DNA from: Laetmonice hystrix
Lineage: Eukaryota
Length of the DNA stretch: 64,000 bases
Assembly (NCBI GenBank): GCA_965235115.1
Contig: OZ249437.1
Coordinates: 30,008,001-30,072,000 of the forward strand
Reading direction: 5' to 3'
Shown: positions 50,097-62,519 of the stretch, one piece after another
Position numbering within the stretch: the first letter of the stretch is position 1
How the letters are laid out: every line of letters begins with the position of its first letter
Notes under the pieces: model-generated
What the model was told of the DNA's origin: nothing
Databases searched by the model: none
Seen by the model: only the letters and a program-made list of their open reading frames with translations
Made by a program: the position numbers and the translations under genes

Positions 50097-50924
50097 AATA
50101 GCGGTGAGAATGTCTAAAAGTGGCTCATCAGTTCGATTTCAAACAGAACTTGTCTCGACACCTGTACACCTGATGATAGGGAAGCGCAATTCAAATTTCT
50201 TATTACTGTAGTGTTCATTGTGTAAGCCAAAGGGCAAAGGGTATAAACGGTCCTAAAACAGAAGTGCAATTTCCGTTAGAAATGCAGATTCACTTGGACC
50301 TTTTAAGGTCGCAATATCTTTGCACTAATTCGAAAATACACTGTACTGGATTTTTTTATCTGATCTCGGACTGCCAGATTTGAGTGGTTTGACATTAAAT
50401 CATGTTATTGTTTGTCATATTGCAAAGATCGAATTTGTGTCGGGGTGTCGACGGGTCAGGGAAAAGGGAGAAAAGAATTAAATTAAGTTTCCCCGAGCCG
50501 ATATTTATGAGTCCATGCGAATCATATTAAAGATGTCTTGCTACTGTAAATTGTATTCTGTTGTGTGAATATGTGGGTGGATTGGATGGCTATAAGGTGA
50601 TGTTGAGGTCATTTTATAAAATAGAAGCAGTGAAAATTGTTGAAACGTCAGGGAGAAGTCAGGGAATTTAAAATGCAAAATCCTGTGGACCCCCTGTGGT
50701 GTAGTTATCGTTTTGTCAGCCACGGTGGCAAAAGGACGTAAGTTTTAGAATGATTTGTAGTGCTGCTTTTAAAAACCTTGCCTCTTTCATTTATTGTTTT
50801 CCCTATGAGTTCAACTATTTGTAACAAAGTTGAGTGACCCTTTAACTAAGGCGGCGTTTCATAAAGCATCCCTGATAAAGTGCTGGTTGTGTTTGTGATA
50901 TTGTCACTCGGAACACCGACGCTG

Positions 50925-51303
50925 CTTCTGATTGGCTGTTTCTAGGTCATATCCGGAGGCGAACCAGGCCTCGGATGTATGAAGCGGCCATTTTCCCGTT
51001 TTTCGTGCAAAGTAGTGTAAAGCGGTCGCACATGAACACAGAGAGTAAATAGTCGACCCCTACGCACAGGCACATAGGCCTAGTTCAAATATAATTTCTC
51101 AGCATACCTATACCTCGAATTTTCTACCGTGGAGACAAAACAGTCTCTTCTTCACCTGGGAGGAAACCCAGATATTCTGACTTTGTATAAAGTCCGACTC
51201 TAGGGAGTTCTACATTTTCGGCACGGCGGCAGCGCGCGAGTTTGTTGTTTACATCCGGGTCAGTGGTCCTGACCTAGCCACCCACCCACCCCACCCCCCC
51301 AGC
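50925..51303. promoter_or_regulatory. CpG-rich candidate promoter, possibly bidirectional
   Basis: CTGATTGGCT (CCAAT box, 50928) and GCGGCCATTTT (YY1-like on the minus strand, 50984-50994). CATGGCG (YY1-like on the plus strand) lies at 51303, CpG density is elevated, and a strong donor follows at 51351. Confidence 0.5.
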
Positions 51304-51350
51304 ATGGCGACCTTCGTCGTACAGCCGAGATATGACGGAGTCAATCGTGG
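51304..51350 (+). CDS. Candidate first coding exon of an unidentified gene (start at 51304 or 51332)
   Basis: AGCATGG (Kozak-like) gives MATFVVQPRYDGVNR+2 nt. ATG 51332 gives MTESIV+1 nt. Both end at the donor TGG|GTGAGC (51351) and lie downstream of the promoter-like region. Confidence 0.4.
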
Positions 51351-51543
51351 GTGAGCCGAGTGTGATATTGTATGTCGGTCCTCGTCAGAGCGCTAGTGTT
51401 ACTGGTCAGCTTTACTTCTCGATAGTCCACAGAAATTTTGTTTATGATACATGGCAGATAATGTATAGCGGTCTTGCCCACCAGACCCTCGTTATTATAC
51501 AGTTGTGGTTGACGTTAGAGCAATATCTTGTATTTAGTTATAG

Positions 51544-51586
51544 GACTGGTGTTGCACCGCCTGATTAGCTACGCTGTAAAGCAGAG
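51544..51586 (+). CDS. Candidate small exon 2
   Basis: Acceptor TCTTGTATTTAGTTATAG| and donor GAG|GTGAGA. It is open in phase 1 (LVLHRLISYAVKQ), compatible with the 51332 start. Confidence 0.25.
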
Positions 51587-54500
51587 GTGAGAATAAGTTT
51601 TCAGGACCAATTGAAAAAAACCCACTATGTTCGAATTTTTATTTCAGTTTTCAAAACACTATAACCACTGATAATGATGAGTTGCCCACAGGTCGCTATT
51701 TTCAACCTTGTTTGTACATCAGCCATAACTTGCACCTCATCCTAACAAGCAGGGAGACAATTTATCCGGTGTGGGATTCTTTCCCGATTCTAATTGTACT
51801 TTAAATTTGCCCGTTGTTTTGTTCAATAGTCTTGGCCCCATGACCATCAGTTAGCACGATTCCAATCATACGTAATTTCGCCAGCTATACTTCCGGTCCA
51901 GACTGAAGTCCAGTATTGCGCTAAAGAGAAGCAATGTGTAGATCTGCAGCCACTGCTAGACCTGCGTGGCTGGCTTGGTTGTGTCAGTAGTTGGATATCA
52001 TCGTGCCCACCGGAAGTAGAAGGGAGCCGCCCATTGAGTGGATCCCTGACCAGGGTGTCGCCTCCAGGGTCGCACGTGTCGGTGGGGACTGACTGTGTGC
52101 TCACCTGTCGGCACCCACCCATGGCTCGACCACATGCAACAGATGGAGCGCTGTGAAGGTCATTGATTGTACTCCACCCCCCACCCCCACCCCCTCCCTC
52201 CTCACACACATACAAAATACAGACATACAGGGCGGGTGTTAGTGTGAGGGTGTGTGTGTGTGTGTGTGTGTGGGGGGGGGTCCTATTGTGGCATTAGGCT
52301 ACATAAACCGCACAAAGAATACTCGCCAACACGAAATGAAATTAGATTTTATTCCTTGATTGCCTGTCGTAAAGACTTGGCTATGGTTTTATGGAAACTG
52401 ATTAGGAGGCCGATCCGTTGCTACTATCTGCATCACCGAGTCTCATTGACAAGCTATTGTTGACTGATCATCTGGACCAGATCAGGCATAATGACGGTTG
52501 TCTTTACAGCTATTCACATGTCGCAGTGTGCACACAACAGATGCAGATCTGGTCAGAAAGCAGGAAATTAATGCAGCCGACCGGCACAGTTATGATAGCT
52601 AGATGGAAAGGGCGGCCGTCTCGGAGGCTTTGATGTCTGCCTCACAGGCAAAGAGTACCCCTAGGACTGGCGACGGGCAAAGTGAAAGCAAAGCCTGCTA
52701 CTCGTGCTCAGCCCAATGTCGTAAGACCAAGAAGGAGATGAGCAAACAAGATGTCATTTGTTTACTATGTTTGTCGTCAGTGTCTGTATAAACTGATCAT
52801 GGCCGCGCACAGACATCGGTGGGCGATAAGAAGGGACTGACCACAGGGGGGACATCCCCCCACGGGCCTCTCCTTGATGTTTGGGGGTGGGTGTGGGTGG
52901 TGGGAAGGGTATGAGAGGGGGGCCCAAGCCCCAGCATCACAGTCTGAATGGCGCGCCCCGCTCGCCTCGGCTCCCTTGAAATCCAGCCGAGTGGATTGTG
53001 TGATGTGGCCAGAAGAAGGCTTATTCCAGAGAGAGGATTTGGTAGTATTGACTGTAATACCAGGCTTGCTTATCGCTTATTGATCTATGGGGTGTGAGTA
53101 TTGGTGATGCTTATCGTTCTGCTGTTCACGCTCTTTCATCGCGCCTATGGTCAAAAGGTAGCCAGCAGTCTGTCTCTGTCTGTCTGTCCCTGTCTGTCCC
53201 TCTCAGTCTGTCTCACCTCTCACTCTGTCTCTCTCTATCTCTATGTCTCCCTGGCTGATGCCCTGCCAACCGTCCACCAATGCTCCGCTACGAGCTGACA
53301 GTGCTACCATCATTATCAGTCATGTAATGAAATTAATGCTGTCACTGTCAACAAACACCAATTTGATGGGAAAAATGCAATTTCCTGCAGCCCATGGAGT
53401 GTTAAGCCAACACGTGGATTGGGGCCAGCAGACTGGCGGGCACCGTGCTGTTCGGCCCGCCGGCCCAGCACTGGCTCCAGCTAGCCACGCCTGCAGCTGC
53501 CCAGCCTCGGATAGCCCATCGCCTGACACTCCACGCTACGCCTCGCCGTCACACTTTACATACAGCTGGCTCGTCCTCTTATCATTTCTGAAACGTTCAG
53601 ATTGGAACGCCATCAAGAAAAAGTGTTATCTCATATAGATGCAGTTGGCATGTCTATGTCTGTATGATATGTTAATGGCATTTGAATTATAAGGATGTTT
53701 GAGGGCAAATAGCACAGAAGGGGGAAAAAGAACGTTACTAGACAGCAGGGACTGATTACAGAATGCATTATTTTGCCTCGAGAACGTTTTGTCATACTCG
53801 CAAAGAACTCCGCTGTTGTTTGTTTTTTAATACGATGTTTTGAAGTCCTACATTATAGCGCGAAATATCGCCATGCCGACCAGTGTCGGTTATTTTTGTC
53901 CCGTTCTGGGATGTTGTTCGGTTAGACCGATGAATCTGGAGAAGTCTGCCGTGTTTGGGAGGATCCTTGGACAACATGGAGCTGGCCGGAGATGTGGGTC
54001 AATATTGTGGCCAGGGAGTGGGCCAACCGACGGCCATGTCACCAGCTTGTCCGGCCCACTACAGCAGGCTTGTCCACACACACAGATAGCAGTCGGCATA
54101 AATGGCCAAAGTGGTTGGGCTGAGGAGACCTTGGTCAGGAATCATTGGCCGATAGCTTCATTTCAACTGGCACTAACAGCTTTGCTTGTCACCAGCAGCC
54201 ATCCAGGCTGACTTAACATGACCAGTCCTTTTGTCAGCCGTGCCTTGGCCTGGAAGGATGATAAGAGGCCACATTAGGGTGGAGGGTGATAAGGTAGAAT
54301 CTACTGACCCGGCAAACGGAGACAAAGTTGGTCAGGTCTGTGCACAGGTTGATGATTTGACTTTGTCAGGAAGAATGAGCCCAGTTTGCAAGAAAATTAG
54401 ACAACCTGTAACTGCAATTCACCGGGAAAGTTATAGCCACCCAGGGGACTTTTTGAGTTTCACGTGAAATGAATTGTAACAGTTATGTTATTTTTTACGG

Positions 54501-55777
54501 AGCTTAAAGCAAACTGGCTAATAACTGATCAACATGATCAGATCGTCCGGTGGGTGGTCGTTATATCAGTAGGCAGCTAGATGCCATTCTTTGGTCGCAA
54601 GATGAACTCTTCATTTAAGATCGTGCCTATAATGAGAATATGCGGAAACAATGGTATAATGTAGTAGGACCTTGGGTTCAGTCGGAAACCTTTAAGGTAT
54701 CACTCGCTCAGAGACTGGGACACGCTGTAAACGTTCGTCTGCTTGGGGCAACATTGAATACTCGACCAGAAACCAACGGAGGAGGTCATTGACTACCCGT
54801 GGCGTTCACAATCTGAGACTTACTAAAACCGCTTCCTATTCCTCTCCACCTCCGGCCCACAGTGCTTGTTCCCGTTTCATTTTGATCAGCAATATTGCGA
54901 CGTCACTAATCGCTTCAGTCCGCCAGGTAGCGCGACGGTCATTCACGTGACCAAGGTTCTGCTGATGCGATGTCAAACGGTTCTTCATTCGCTCGCCGAA
55001 TACCGAAGATGGAACTGTCTCCCGAATGAGAATAACCAGACTGCATGGCCCCGCAAACTGCTAACAGACTTAAACCTGTTGGGGCAGAGATCCAATGCCT
55101 GTTCTCCCCCGTCGGCATGTTCCTGGGTGGGGTATTCTTGGCACCGACTGGTGAAACAGACACGAAATGTTTTATTCAATTCATGAAGTTTTACTCATGC
55201 ACATTGTATGCAGAGTCAAGCATAAGTTGGGTTGTGGTCAGTACTCTATATAAGGCGTAGTAATGAAGAGTCAAAAAGACTGCCAAAAATCGTACCTTAT
55301 GAAACAGAAACGTAGACAGATAATTATTTTACCGTTTTTATTTCGTATAAATACGTATAAATACAGCTGGGACGGATGATTACTGTGTCGTTGAGATGAA
55401 TAGCGAAGATGCGGTTTCAATACAAGCCAAACACATCGGCCAGAATAATGTGAGCTGCTTTTGTGTGTACGGCCTTGGATGTTGAGATTTCGCGTTTGGA
55501 GGTCTTACAAGAAGGTACACACCGACCTAGGCTGTCGTAACAGGAATCCATGGGCCTATCGCCATGGAAACAAGCGCCTGGGTGTGGCTGACGTAGCAGG
55601 GGTCTAGACATACCCTGTAGGCCCCGAAGATTTACGCGAAGTTAGAAGTAGGCTTTTAGTCTGCCCCGGGCCCTGACAGACACAAGACAGGGGTATGTCT
55701 GTGTGAGAGGGTACCTGATGCGGGCAGGCGGACGGGAAGGCAGGTTGAGAGGGTAGACAGGGCCACTGATGGCTCAC

Positions 55778-55976
55778 CCCGGCCCAGACTGGAACGCCGC
55801 CACGGCCGTTTTATTTCCGTTTCCGGGTCATGCCACTGACCAGTGTAGACCTCGAAGCGGCGAATAAAAGGCGATTCCGGTGTGGATAAAAGGCTTGCGC
55901 TGTCGTGGAGGATGCTGTTAGGCGAATCGACAACTCTCAAGGTGGGCGGCCCATCACGTACATAGATATTGGGGGG
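55778..55976 (-). CDS. Candidate coding exon of an unidentified gene
   Basis: Acceptor TTACCATTTCCCTTGGTCAG| and donor GGG|GTGAGC. Only one frame is open: PPNIYVRDGPPTLRVVDSPNSILHDSASLLSTPESPFIRRFEVYTGQWHDPETEIKRPWRRSSLGR. It lies within ORF 55656-56051. Confidence 0.35.
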
Positions 55977-56280
55977 CTGACCAAGGGAAATGGTAAATGC
56001 TAGAATGATGGCAGGGTACCATGAGACATTTAATGTCAACCTAAGGCGCACGTCCAGGAAGTGTATAAAACCTCCTTAGAAATATCAAGTCCAAGGTCAT
56101 ATCATCTTAGAATACATGTATGTGGTATGTTAACGATATTGATTGTCTAAGATACAGATCATCTTAATGCTTAGCCTATAGCTATTACATCTGGCGATAA
56201 TAAACATTATCGGTGAGAAAGTTTATACTGATGGTTTACAAGATTAATATTTCAAATTCCTCTGTATGATTTCGTCTCAG

Positions 56281-56308
56281 TATCTTATGGTATAGTGAAA
56301 TGATTGAG
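56281..56308 (+). CDS. Candidate 28-nt exon
   Basis: Acceptor TGATTTCGTCTCAG| and donor GAG|GTGAGA. The only open frame (ILWYSEMIE) is phase 2, which is what either upstream candidate path requires. Confidence 0.25.
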
Positions 56309-56417
56309 GTGAGATATTTCTGTAGCTGAAAGTGTAGCCAGTATTGTAAGCGTGATTGCTGTATAATTAGGTCCATACTGTCGGCACATTGGGTACAAGA
56401 TATGGTATTATCTTCAG

Positions 56418-56473
56418 ACCTTTTGTCATTTTATTCCTGGATATGAGACTCGTGCCAGAAGGAGGCAGAAACG
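56418..56473 (+). CDS. Candidate small exon
   Basis: Acceptor GGTATTATCTTCAG| and donor ACG|GTATGG. It is open in phase 0 (TFCHFIPGYETRARRRQK), compatible with the 28-nt exon. Confidence 0.2.
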
Positions 56474-56659
56474 GTATGGCTTTGTTACGTGACATTCAGG
56501 TTATGAGGAGACTGGATGAACTCGATCAAACTGGTCAAACAGTTAACTGTCAAAGTATAGTTATGAGTGGCAGTAGGGAACGGGTGGGACGCAACGGGCA
56601 GAGACAGATATAATAGTATACATTGAATATTCCGTTCGATTGATGCCAGCTTTAAAATT

Positions 56660-57258
56660 GAGGAACACCCTGTACTATCTGTAAAAGTACCGCCAAGAAA
56701 ATGGAAGGGAAGAAACACCCTATACTATCTGTAAAAGTACCGCCAAGAAAATGGAAGGGAAGAAACACCCTGTACTATCTGTAAAAGTACCGCCAAGAAA
56801 ATGGATGAGAAGGAACACCCTGTACTATCTGTTAAAGTACCGCCAAGAAAATAGATGAGGAACTCCCTGTACTATCTGTAAAAGTACCGCCAAGAAAATG
56901 GAAGGGGAGAAACACCGTGTACTATCTGTAAAAGTACCGCCAAGAAAATGGTTGAGGAGGAACACCCTGTACTATCTGTAAAAGTACCGCCAAGAAAATG
57001 GATGAGGAGGAACACCCTGTACTATCTGTTAAAGTACCGCCAAGAAAATAGATGAGGAGGAACTCCCTATACTATCTGTAAAAGTACCGCCAAGAAAATG
57101 GATGAGGAGGAACACCCTGTACTATCTGTAAAAGTACCGCCAAGAAAATGGATGAGGAGGAACACCCTGTACTATCTGTAAAAGTACTGCCAAGAAAATG
57201 GATGAGGAGGAACACCCTGTACTATCTGTAAAAGTACCGCCAAGAAGTTGGATGAGGA
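56660..57258 (+). repeat. Minisatellite, 50-bp unit x12
   Basis: ACCCTGTACTATCTGTAAAAGTACCGCCAAGAAAATGGATGAGGAGGAAC starts at 56667, 56717, 56767, 56817, 56864, 56914 and then every 50 bp to 57214. Confidence 0.95.
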
Positions 57259-59005
57259 TCCGACCTGTTGATTGTGGCTGCATATGATAGCTGGTGATAT
57301 ACGCGCCAAAAATGTTTTGAAGTAAGTATAATCAGTGGCATACGACAGGTAAAGTGGATGATTTATACATTGGCTGAGGCTTGTGTTCGGTCATAAAACA
57401 GCCGTTCTTATTAAATTTCCCTGCTGTATAACTATAACATGTGGTATGTGCTTATGTGTACCAAAATGGTGATTTTATTTGTGGGGGAGGGGGAGGGGGA
57501 TATCCACATATAACAGTGCAGGTGACAAGGCAGTCACACTTCAGTACTAATGCGGATTCTGATGAAAGCATTTGACGTTGAAGGCGTTGTCTGTAAACCT
57601 GAGCAATGTGCCTCAATGCCTCAGTGGCGATGGAAATGACACAAATTGGGCAAAGAAAATTTACGCGCCGTGTACAACTGCGTATTAATATTTGATATAG
57701 AACATACTCAGGATGGTTTATAGATCAGGGACCGTGCGACACAAGAATTTCGAGTTCGCATTTCGCTGTAAGCAATTCGCAATATCAGACGAGTCACTGC
57801 TGGCCAAGTGGAATGATGAAACTATCGTATTGCCGACTGCAGCTTGCAATGATAAGGTTTCTCTGTGTAACGGCCTCGTGTATACAGGAGCCCCTGTGTT
57901 GGCCGCTTACTGACTGCGTACTCTGAGCTGAGCGGGGTGTTTCCAACCAGAGACAACCATGCACCGCCTGTGAATAAGCACAGAGCATGCTGATAGATGG
58001 GCGAGCACGTCCCCTAATCCTGGGGGAAATTTTCATGGAAAATTGGAGACGATGGATGCAGCGTTCTGTACGTTCAATTAGAGGACAGGGGCCGGAGGAC
58101 GGGTGACATGTTGTTTGGTGTCTGACCTACCCTCCCACGTGCATGCCAGCGGGCCGCCAACCCACCGCGCTCAACACAATGTAACCCGGCAATAAGGGCG
58201 TATACAAACACAAAGCCTCAATGCATTTTTAATGAGAAAAAGTCATTGTCACTGATAGGAGCCGTTGGTAAGTACTGGAAATGAATCGAACTGATGCTTG
58301 GTACAGGATATTACTAAAATTGGAAGGTAATGGTCGGATGGAATAGGCATGGAAGTGACAGGTGTAACATTATGAAATGGCCAGTGACAAGAGTACACGG
58401 GAAGTCGGTTCTATCACTGTAACCGACAGTATTCCCCGCCTGTCATTTGTATGAGAGCTGAAATAGAACGTCGGGTAGAATGCACTTTAAGGTTCGCCGG
58501 ATCCCGCCAAAACGTGCATCACGTCATACATTCCATAAGAATGTTTCTTGGCAACAAGCCCCGCCCCTTGTACTGTCCGACGCTCCTCGATTCGACTTTT
58601 CTAACCAGATTTTATGACACTTATACTACAGTGAATGCAGTGTCAATCTAGCGCCTCTGAAGAACTATTAACAACCTGCTTATTGTTCGACGTTCTGGAA
58701 CTAAGGCGCTAGATTGACACAAAAACACCTTACTGGATCCAGAATTGTTTATATGATAATGGGTTTGTGATAACATGTCTGTTTGCCCCAGTCGTATGCA
58801 TGTAAGTCTAGCGCTAATACGGAGGTGTATACATGTACATGGCATAGGATGGCTACTTAGACTAAGAAACTCATGCAGATATCTTGCACAAACAAATATG
58901 ATAACAAGTTCGCTAATTTCGTTTGTACCCACAGACTAATACCACACGTAATCTCAACACTTTGCTGCCGAAGAATCCAGTGACGTAGATATTGTCCAGT
59001 GTCCA

Positions 59006-59133
59006 GGGCCCGGTTTACAAACAAAGTCAAGTCAATTTTAATTGACTTCAAGTCAATTTTACTTGAATCTGTTTGTTTAAAATGGATTTCAAGTTCATTA
59101 AAATTGACTTGATTTTGTTTGTGAACCGGGCCC
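59006..59133. mobile_element. 128-bp palindromic MITE
   Basis: 37-bp arms GGGCCCGGTTTACAAACAAAGTCAAGTCAATTTTAAT versus the reverse complement of the right end, with 2 mismatches. No clean TSD is visible. Confidence 0.75.
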
Positions 59134-61977
59134 AGGTCCTGCTCATGTATTGTTTTATCAAGCACATAAGGCGAGTTTAGTATTGACATACCTTAGGTTG
59201 ACGTCACAGTCACCGTGTATATATCTCGGCTAGACGCACAGGTAGAAGTTCAGGTGAGAAAAATAAAAGCTTCTATTTCTGTCCAGAAGGAGTTTGTAGA
59301 GTGAGGGGCTGAGGGGATAAAAGATAAAGATACATTTTGAGGTGAGACTTCGATAGAAAAGTATCAGCTTTGATTCTAACCTCAAAGAAGGTGCCTGTGG
59401 TTGAGCACTCGGTGGAGATCTTTAATTCATATAGCCACGTTCAATGATTTATTTGTCAGTCAGTGGGGGATCGGTATGGCCATGTTTAACAGGAGCTTTC
59501 AAATCACTGACTGTGTGTTGGTTTGGGGATGTTCAGAAAGAAATCGTAGTGATTAGGAAGTCCCAAGATGGGAGATACATTGCATGCTAACGTACAATGT
59601 ACACATGTATACGTATACCTGTCTACGATGGCGGACAGAAAGTCGTTCTGCAGACAGTGGGTGGGTTTCACTATCATTGCTGATGTTATTTGAGAATGAA
59701 GCATGAACTCTCCATGTTAAAGCATGACATAAAATACTGTGATCGAAGTTGTTAGTGTTAGAAATTGTTGGGGCGGCATTCTCGGTGACACTAACCTGGG
59801 TTTCATCACGATTTGCCCTGCTATGTGCGGCTTGGGATCGTGTTTCGTGCGGCAATACAATACTGTACATTTGTTTCTGTGCCATAAGTGATTTGAGTAG
59901 TGCAGATGGAGACACGAGAGCATAGAAGGCTAAAGCGACTTCCAACAACCACACTTTTTTGCGTGGGGGAAATAACAAAACACAAAACAAAACAAGAAAA
60001 AGTAAAGTCCATTGGTGTCATTAATTGATACATCTCTCAAAGATTGAGAGGGATTGGTTGGGACGTCTAGACCTAAGTTGACTTGACCCAAGCTGTATCA
60101 GTTAATTGTATCGCTGAATGTGTTGAATTGCACCATTTGCCAAGATTAAATAGGAAATCAATAGAGTAGGTACATTCCCTGTACCATCGGACGGCTCATG
60201 TTGTCTGACTACTGCCTCCTGTTATTACAGCAGGCCTCGTGTCCCCAGCAGAGAGGGACTATTCTCGTTACAAGTTTACACTGGTCATTGCATGGACTTT
60301 CAGTAGCATGCACATTGGTTAAGAAAACTAATCAAGATTTCCTATCCCATGATTGGTGGCATTGATTGGCCATTGTCTTCTTGAAGCATGCATGCTGATA
60401 CCAGCAGGGGAGTTCTCAGGCTGTGGACAGAATCGAGCAGAAGATTAATTTTGTAGAAAGTTACTGGGTAAATGGAAAGTGTGGTCGGAAAAGGTTTATA
60501 AAACTTACGGGTGAAATCTTTGTGAATGTCATCTGGTCAAATGTCCCATTGTATGGAAATGTGGCACAAGGATAGACTGGTTTAGGGTTGTAGAACGCAT
60601 TGTTGTCTGGGATCCATAGAAACCCACAGTCTCATCAGATCTAAATCTGATATATGGCATGACGGAACATGCTGGTGGAAGAGCAGTTTGATCAAGGCGA
60701 CGACACAGACCTTAACAAGGCGGGGTGGGTGGGTGGTTGTGTGTGTGTGTGTGGGGGGGGGGGGGCAGGCTGACACCCACTCTCACAATCCACACACATA
60801 AGGAATCAGTTGGTCGGGAATTGATATATATATATCGTAAAGTGAAAATTGCTCAGATTAAGGTTTGTCACTGCCTTTAAAAATATAAGAGGAACATTGT
60901 GTATTCATAATCGTGGTAGCAGTTCTTTGTATGCTCCTCTGTTGTCGGGTTTCTAATGAGGGAAGTTGATTCAGTGAAAATGAGGAACGACAAAGCCTTT
61001 TCAATTTTTTGGACGAACACTTTCAGCTCAGCGGTAATTCTGTGTTCAGAATGATGCCAAAAGCGCGTGAAAAACTTTATTTATCTGACTTTGACGGTGT
61101 GGCAGGGAATACGTAATGCGGTTACTTTAATTGTTACTTTAAATTATGCAGGTTTTCTGTATAAACTGAACTGTTGTACTTAACCTGTTACTGAAGTAAA
61201 CTAATATTCCAGAAACGGGTCGTTTCTTTACATCAGGTGTTGTTCCCTGAGAGTAGGTTTTACATTATTGAGCGAGTACCTTAGATATTCCTGATAATTT
61301 CCTAACAATTATCAATGTGTTTGTATTGTCGACCAAAGCTCCTATAAGCTGTAACGGTAGTGTGATATTACAAGTTGTACGGCACGGAACGCTGTGACCA
61401 TATCGCAGCATGGAATGATTGGCAGAAACAACTCAGGTATTGCATATACAGTGTAGGGGCGCACCAACCCAGGTATTGCATACAGTGTAGGGGCGCACCG
61501 ATCAATCATAAGCTGCCATTCCAGGCCGCAATGAATGGACTACAGCATTTTCTGTACAATGGTAATGGGAGTTGGGCCCACTTTACTGAGTCGTGGGATA
61601 GACAGGTATTGTTGTCCCAGACCAAGTTGTACAGCCGTGCATATGGAGCCTATGTAAACATTCTACCTGTTCAGTTTAGCAGCATCGTAATGACAATCAA
61701 CACAGCACCAAGCATGGCTGACCTGAAACAGGATTGAACACTTGCTGTGAACAGCATGTTTTACATTTAGTGATAAAGGCATGGTTGATTCTGATGTCGG
61801 TCTCTGAATTTAAAGCAGATGAAAAGTTACTTTGATCCCTTGAAGCAGAGTGGCTGTCATATTCAGTTCATATCTTAACGTAGCATACAATAGTATCAAG
61901 TATCTGGAACCAGACATTTCGTGAAGGTTAGATACGAACATAGACTGAGTGTGGACATATCAGGTATGATGCCAGAA

Positions 61978-62500
61978 TGACACACTAGGTGTACACATTG
62001 CAGGGGTGAGCCGACGTTGACACAATAGGTGTGCACATTGCGGGTGTGAGCCGACGTTGACACAATAGGTGTGCACATTGCGGGTGTGAGCCGAAGTTGA
62101 CACAGTGTGCACATTGCGGGTGTGAGCCGACGTTGACACAATAGGTGTGCACATTGCGGGTGTGAGCCGACGTTGACACAATAGGTGTGCACATTGCGGG
62201 TGTGAGCCGACGTTGACACAATAGGTGTGCACATTGCGGGTGTGAGCCGACGTTGGCACAATAGGTGTGCACATTGTGGGTGTGAGGCGACGTTGGCACA
62301 ATAGGTGTGCACATTGTGGGTGTGAGGCGACGTTGACACAATAGGTGTGCACATTGTGGGTGTGAGCCAAGGTTGTGGGTGTGAGCCGAGGTTGACACAA
62401 TAGTGTGTACATTGCGGGTGTGAGCCGAGGTTGACACAATAGTGTGTACATTGCGGGTGTGAGCCGAGGTTGACACAATAGTGTGCGCATTGTGGGTGTA
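61978..62500 (+). repeat. Minisatellite, 40-bp unit x about 13
   Basis: GTTGACACAATAGGTGTGCACATTGCGGGTGTGAGCCGAC starts at 62016, 62056, 62096 (4-bp deletion), 62132 and onward, with a 19-bp partial unit at 62372 and 39-bp variants at the right end. Confidence 0.95.
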
Positions 62501-62519
62501 AGTCCAGGCGGACAAGCCC

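Noticed and set aside
50645-50697. hAT-like terminal sequence (GTCAGGGAATTT...CCTGTGGACCCCCTG)
   Set aside because: No partner terminus or TSD was found in the window, so it cannot be delimited.
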